43,859 bases of DNA from a virus: the IMG/VR virus record IMGVR_UViG_3300023203_000032. One strand, written 5' to 3'. The stretch's first letter is position 1; each line of letters starts with the position of its first letter. This document shows, one piece after another, positions 41,018 through 43,859 of this stretch. The notes beneath the pieces are model-generated. The model did not search any database and was not told the origin of the DNA. It saw only the letters and a program-made list of their open reading frames with translations. The position numbers were made by a program, and so were the translations under genes.

Positions 41018-41287
41018 TCATCCCCTTCCAGGCCGTGCGACGGCTGCCAATGCCATCCGGTATGCCTCGTCCAGCCCAGGATTCAAACCGCCTGGATAGT
41101 TTGCAATGAACCCGCGAACCGCACAGAGCAATTCTGAACACTGGTTGATTGCTGTGAGTACGCTGCCCTCCTGGTCGGCTTCAACGGTGATGACTCCCGC
41201 GAGTGCGCCTTGCTGCCAGATTGCTATCCTGGCGTGCTTGGCGTTTCTGCCGTTGGAACGGGCACTTAGGATGAGTGGCGTGGGCAT
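41018..41287 (-). CDS. Hypothetical protein (89 aa)
   Basis: Strong GAGGAGA RBS 6 nt upstream of the ATG at 41287. Confidence 0.6.
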   Translation of the reverse strand: MPTPLILSARSNGRNAKHARIAIWQQGALAGVITVEADQEGSVLTAINQCSELLCAVRGFIANYPGGLNPGLDEAYRMALAAVARPGRG

Positions 41288-41299
41288 CTGTGTCTCCTC

Positions 41300-41410
41300 T
41301 CATTTCATTTCAAGCGGCGGGCCGCCTGCATCGTACCAGCGATCCTCACGGCACAGGGCAATCGCCCGCAACCACTCTGAGAACGGCTCGTGATCAGAAC
41401 TCGATCGCAT
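41300..41410 (-). CDS. Small ORF (36 aa) paralogous to residues ~40-55 of the 220-aa Zn-ribbon protein; may be a frameshifted gene remnant
   Basis: MRSSSDHEPFSEWLRAIALCREDRWYD... compared with ...HGEPFAEWLRAIALCRYDDA.... Contains a perfect 27-nt DNA repeat (41348-41374 = 40853-40879). Confidence 0.35.
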   Translation of the reverse strand: MRSSSDHEPFSEWLRAIALCREDRWYDAGGPPLEMK

Positions 41411-41615
41411 CGCCGTTTTTTTCGAAGACGATTATGCCCCCATCATTCCACGTCACATCGAAGTGCCCGCATTGTGTGCATGAGACCTTAATTGAATCAG
41501 GCCGCGTAATCGCAACGGCTCGCTTGCATCCGCACGATTCACATATCAGCATCGCTCCACACAATGGGCGAAACCCAAAAGGGACAAAAGGCTGCCGGCT
41601 GTCTGTTCTTTTCAT
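41394..41615 (-). CDS. Small zinc-ribbon protein (73 aa)
   Basis: CESCGC...CTQCGH. ATG-initiated, in an AT-richer block. Confidence 0.55.
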   Translation of the reverse strand: MKRTDSRQPFVPFGFRPLCGAMLICESCGCKRAVAITRPDSIKVSCTQCGHFDVTWNDGGIIVFEKNGDAIEF

Positions 41616-41618
41616 GTT

Positions 41619-41837
41619 TTAGCTTTTCTGCAGCAGACCGGCTTCTTCGCGGAGTTGACTGGTGGTTTGAACTCGCAATCGGTTTGCGTGGTCAACTACT
41701 TCGAGCGCTGCGCGCGAAAGATTGATCGCATTTTCAATGATTGCGTTTATATCAGCGCGCTCTGATGATTCGCAAAGAAGTTCGTGCCAGCGCTTGGTGT
41801 ACTCGATCCAGCAGTCAAGAAATTCTTTCGTACTCAT
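41619..41837 (-). CDS. Hypothetical helical protein (72 aa)
   Basis: AGGAGA RBS. Lower-GC coding sequence. First gene after the 455-bp non-coding region downstream of int. Confidence 0.55.
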   Translation of the reverse strand: MSTKEFLDCWIEYTKRWHELLCESSERADINAIIENAINLSRAALEVVDHANRLRVQTTSQLREEAGLLQKS

Positions 41838-42026
41838 TCTGTTCTTCTCCTAAAAACAACCGAACGTGGCGGGCCGGCTTCCCCACCCGGCTCCAGGCTG
41901 CATGTGTCTGGCCCGGACGGCGAGGTGCGTCGCTGGACGCACACGATAACCCGCCGCCGGCACAATCGCCTTTTTCGTCGCACCAAACCGGCCGCCAGCG
42001 CGGCCCCGCCGCGTTCGGACGAAACA

Positions 42027-42080
42027 CCCTGCCCCCACCGCGACCGAAAGGGCAATATCGCGGGAGTCCCGGGGGCAGGG
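42027..42080. other. 54-nt GC-rich two-tier hairpin / imperfect palindrome
   Basis: CCCTGCCCCC (42027-36) pairs perfectly with GGGGGCAGGG (42071-80). The inner stem is CCGCGA (42038-43) with TCGCGG (42058-63). Confidence 0.6.
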
Positions 42081-42294
42081 ATGTGTGAAAAGTGCTCGGC
42101 GTGCGGAGTTGCACCGCGCCCCGTTTGCTCGCACTGTGTGCGACCATCACGAGCATGAGGAGGAGCAAGAGCACACACGTCGCTCCTGGTTTTGTAGCCG
42201 GCGTCCCTGCGCGAGGACACAGGCATCCACTCGCCGAGCACGAGTCTTAGAAAACTGGTCGGGGAATGTATTGAAGCTGTCCCCGGCCGGCGTG

Positions 42295-43188
42295 TCACCG
42301 AAGATGTGGCGGCCGCGGTAAGAGGTCCGCAGCCTGGACGGCTCGCACAATTCGCGGATCGAGATACCGGGCGGTCACCGCGGGCGACGAGTGCCCGAGT
42401 TGTGCCGTCGGGTCGCCCCCGGCCGCCGCACAGTAGCTTGCCGTGCTCTTGCGGACGCGGTGGCAGATAGAGCCCGTGCCCCGCCAGGTGTCCACGCCAG
42501 CCCGATCCAAGATTGAGTGGAGCAAGCCGTAGAACTTCTTCCGGCCGTGCGGCCATTCCCACATCAGCGTTCGGGTGGGCGACCAGATCGTCCGCCAGGC
42601 TGCCACCGTGTCCGGATGCACCGCAAGCACCTGCCAGCGGTTTTGTTTCTGGGTTGCCGCCTGGAGTCGAATCTGGCCCTCGTCCAAGAGCACGTCGCAG
42701 GTTCTCGCCTGGAGAATCGCCCCGATCCGCGCGCCGGTATCGTACAACGTCAAGAAGAGCGACGTGAGCCAGTCGCAGGCCAGGACGCCAGCGATGAAGC
42801 CGTCGGTCTTCGAGCACTCGCGCAGAATACGAGCGAGCTCCTCGATCAAGAACGCTTGTGGCACCGGCAACGATTCCCGAAGCGGTGTGAACTCGGGCAC
42901 CTCGGGAATCAGGGGCGGTTTCCTCTTCGCCGCGAATCGCAGAAGAGCCATAACGTGCCGAAGAGACTTGTTCACCGTCGGCGGCTTGTGGCCGTCGAGC
43001 AGCCACGCCGCGAAACGAGCCAAGAGAACGTCGTCGATTGCGACGATCGGCACGGGCCCGGCGAACCGCTGCCAGTGATTCAGAGCAACAAGATACTGGA
43101 CTTCGGTGCTCTGCGGCTTGTTTGTTAGGCGGAGGGGCCGGTACAGGTCCCGGTAGAGGTCCGGCAGTGTTCTCGGTGGCAGAATCAT
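42295..43188 (-). CDS. int: Tyrosine recombinase / phage integrase (297 aa)
   Basis: Catalytic-type motifs TGARIGAIL (Arg), HRVRKSTAS (HxxR) and LGHSSPAVTARYLD (His...Tyr). Adjacent to the att repeat. Confidence 0.85.
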   Translation of the reverse strand: MILPPRTLPDLYRDLYRPLRLTNKPQSTEVQYLVALNHWQRFAGPVPIVAIDDVLLARFAAWLLDGHKPPTVNKSLRHVMALLRFAAKRKPPLIPEVPEFTPLRESLPVPQAFLIEELARILRECSKTDGFIAGVLACDWLTSLFLTLYDTGARIGAILQARTCDVLLDEGQIRLQAATQKQNRWQVLAVHPDTVAAWRTIWSPTRTLMWEWPHGRKKFYGLLHSILDRAGVDTWRGTGSICHRVRKSTASYCAAAGGDPTAQLGHSSPAVTARYLDPRIVRAVQAADLLPRPPHLR

Positions 43189-43411
43189 CGGAGCACCACT
43201 CGGCTGCCCCGCTATTCAAGGGTATCACACTCCCTTGCGGCGCGGGGTAAATCAACATCCGAGCGGTGGACGATTCCACGGCCTGCGCGCTCCGCCTGGT
43301 CGGCCTGTACCGGTTCTACCGGCTGGACCGATCAGGGATTCCTGGTCACTGCACCCAGGGCCCCAGAGAAGGGGGGCGGAGAGTGCTATTGTTTGCAAAA
43401 CGCTGGTGGCG

Positions 43412-43440
43412 ATTTTAGCCGATAGGCTACACGTCGTCAA
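43412..43440 (-). promoter_or_regulatory. Sigma70-type promoter candidate TTGACG-17 nt-TAAAAT directed toward int
   Basis: Minus strand reads TTGACG acgtgtagcctatcggc TAAAAT, starting 12 nt downstream of the XRE gene stop. Confidence 0.5.
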
Positions 43441-43451
43441 TAGGACTTGGC

Positions 43452-43685
43452 CTATTTTTCTGAGATTGTCCCAACTGGTTCTGAGACAAGGGCTTCGAGA
43501 GAGACTTCGAGGGCTCGGGCAATGCGTTCGCAGACCGGAAGCGTCGGATTCGACTTTCCGTGGAGCATTTTAGACAGCCACTCACGCGACAAGCCGGCCA
43601 AATCTGCCAGTTGCCCGAACGTCATACCTCGGAGTTTCGTGTACTTGACGACGTTCGCACGGAAGGCGTCGGTTTTCTGGGGCAT
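43452..43685 (-). CDS. XRE/Cro-CI-type helix-turn-helix regulator (77 aa)
   Basis: MTFGQLADLAGLSREWLSKMLHGKSNP HTH. GGAGG lies 10 nt upstream of the ATG at 43685; an alternative ATG is at 43694. Confidence 0.8.
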   Translation of the reverse strand: MPQKTDAFRANVVKYTKLRGMTFGQLADLAGLSREWLSKMLHGKSNPTLPVCERIARALEVSLEALVSEPVGTISEK

Positions 43686-43700
43686 TGCTACCATGCCTCC

Positions 43701-43729
43701 ATTGTGCTATAAAGGCTAAAGCGTGTCAA
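43701..43729 (-). promoter_or_regulatory. Sigma70-type promoter candidate TTGACA-17 nt-CACAAT
   Basis: Minus strand reads TTGACA cgctttagcctttatag CACAAT, immediately upstream of the XRE gene RBS. Confidence 0.45.
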
Positions 43730-43740
43730 GAGGGGCAAGT

Positions 43741-43810
43741 AGCGGTTGGAGCGGTTTGCACGGCAATAGCGACCGCCCGGGCCTCACGGCTTACGGCCGC
43801 TCCAACCGCT
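43741..43810. repeat. Perfect 14-bp inverted repeat (AGCGGTTGGAGCGG / CCGCTCCAACCGCT) with 42-bp spacer, abutting the att core
   Basis: 43741-43754 is the exact reverse complement of 43797-43810. The last 4 nt lie inside the 53-bp direct repeat. Confidence 0.8.
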
Positions 43811-43859
43811 ACAGGGTGGATGAAGGGACTCGAACCCTCGGCACCTGGATCCACAATCC
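43807..43859. repeat. att direct repeat, right copy (identical to 1-53)
   Basis: Base-by-base identity with 1-53. Confidence 0.9.
43815..43859 (-). tRNA. tRNA-His(GTG), 3' portion only; the 5' part is expected beyond the window end
   Basis: Same sequence as 9-53: anticodon loop TTGTGGA, T arm GAGGG-TTCGAGT-CCCTT, acceptor CATCCAC plus discriminator C, very like E. coli tRNA-His CUGGAUUGUGAUUCCAG...CCACC. The int-proximal copy is normally the intact gene. Confidence 0.6.

Larger units (their letters stand above)
1..43859. mobile_element. Integrated temperate tailed prophage (siphovirus-like, lambda-style head/packaging order) inserted at tRNA-His
   Basis: Perfect 53-bp direct repeats at both ends. 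Tyrosine integrase lies next to the right repeat. Full set of terminase, portal, protease, capsid, tube, G/GT chaperone and tape measure genes in canonical order on the minus strand. Confidence 0.85.

Overview
This high-GC window (about two-thirds G+C by eye) is essentially one integrated temperate tailed-phage genome. It is bounded by a perfect 53-bp direct repeat (1-53 = 43807-43859). Read on the minus strand, the repeat is the 3' part of a tRNA-His(GTG) gene, running from the anticodon loop TTGTGGA to the discriminator. A tyrosine integrase sits next to the right repeat, so the intact tRNA is expected just beyond 43859.

Nearly all genes are on the minus strand. From right to left they are:
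- XRE regulator and integrase.
- Many small Zn-ribbon early genes.
- A replication and recombination module: SNF2 helicase plus a truncated paralog, an RpoA-CTD-like HhH protein, prim-pol, UvrD-like helicase, VRR-NUC and a Dam-type methyltransferase.
- A unit bounded by two intrinsic terminators. It encodes secreted and membrane proteins (beta-lactamase-fold serine hydrolase, papain-like peptidase, small membrane proteins), a LamG protein, a fibre-like protein, a ParB-like protein and a GT-A-like protein.
- A lambda-style packaging, head and tail module: TerS-like, TerL, gpW-like, portal, protease-scaffold, capsid, connectors, tube, G/GT chaperone with an A_AAA_AAC -1 frameshift site, tape measure and three large unknown distal tail proteins.

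The left arm (134-3518) is accessory. It holds a plus-strand cassette of small membrane proteins: YqaE/Pmp3-like, a prepilin-type N-terminal motif protein, a T4 Imm-family superinfection immunity domain protein and a TM-anchored protein. It also holds a minus-strand two-gene operon (unknown protein plus XRE HTH) behind a near-consensus promoter, and a degenerate third copy of the att/tRNA-His sequence.

I saw no rRNA, CRISPR array, reverse transcriptase or transposase. All family assignments come from motif reading and memory, not database searches. Many long opposite-strand ORFs in the track are GC-driven shadow ORFs and were ignored.
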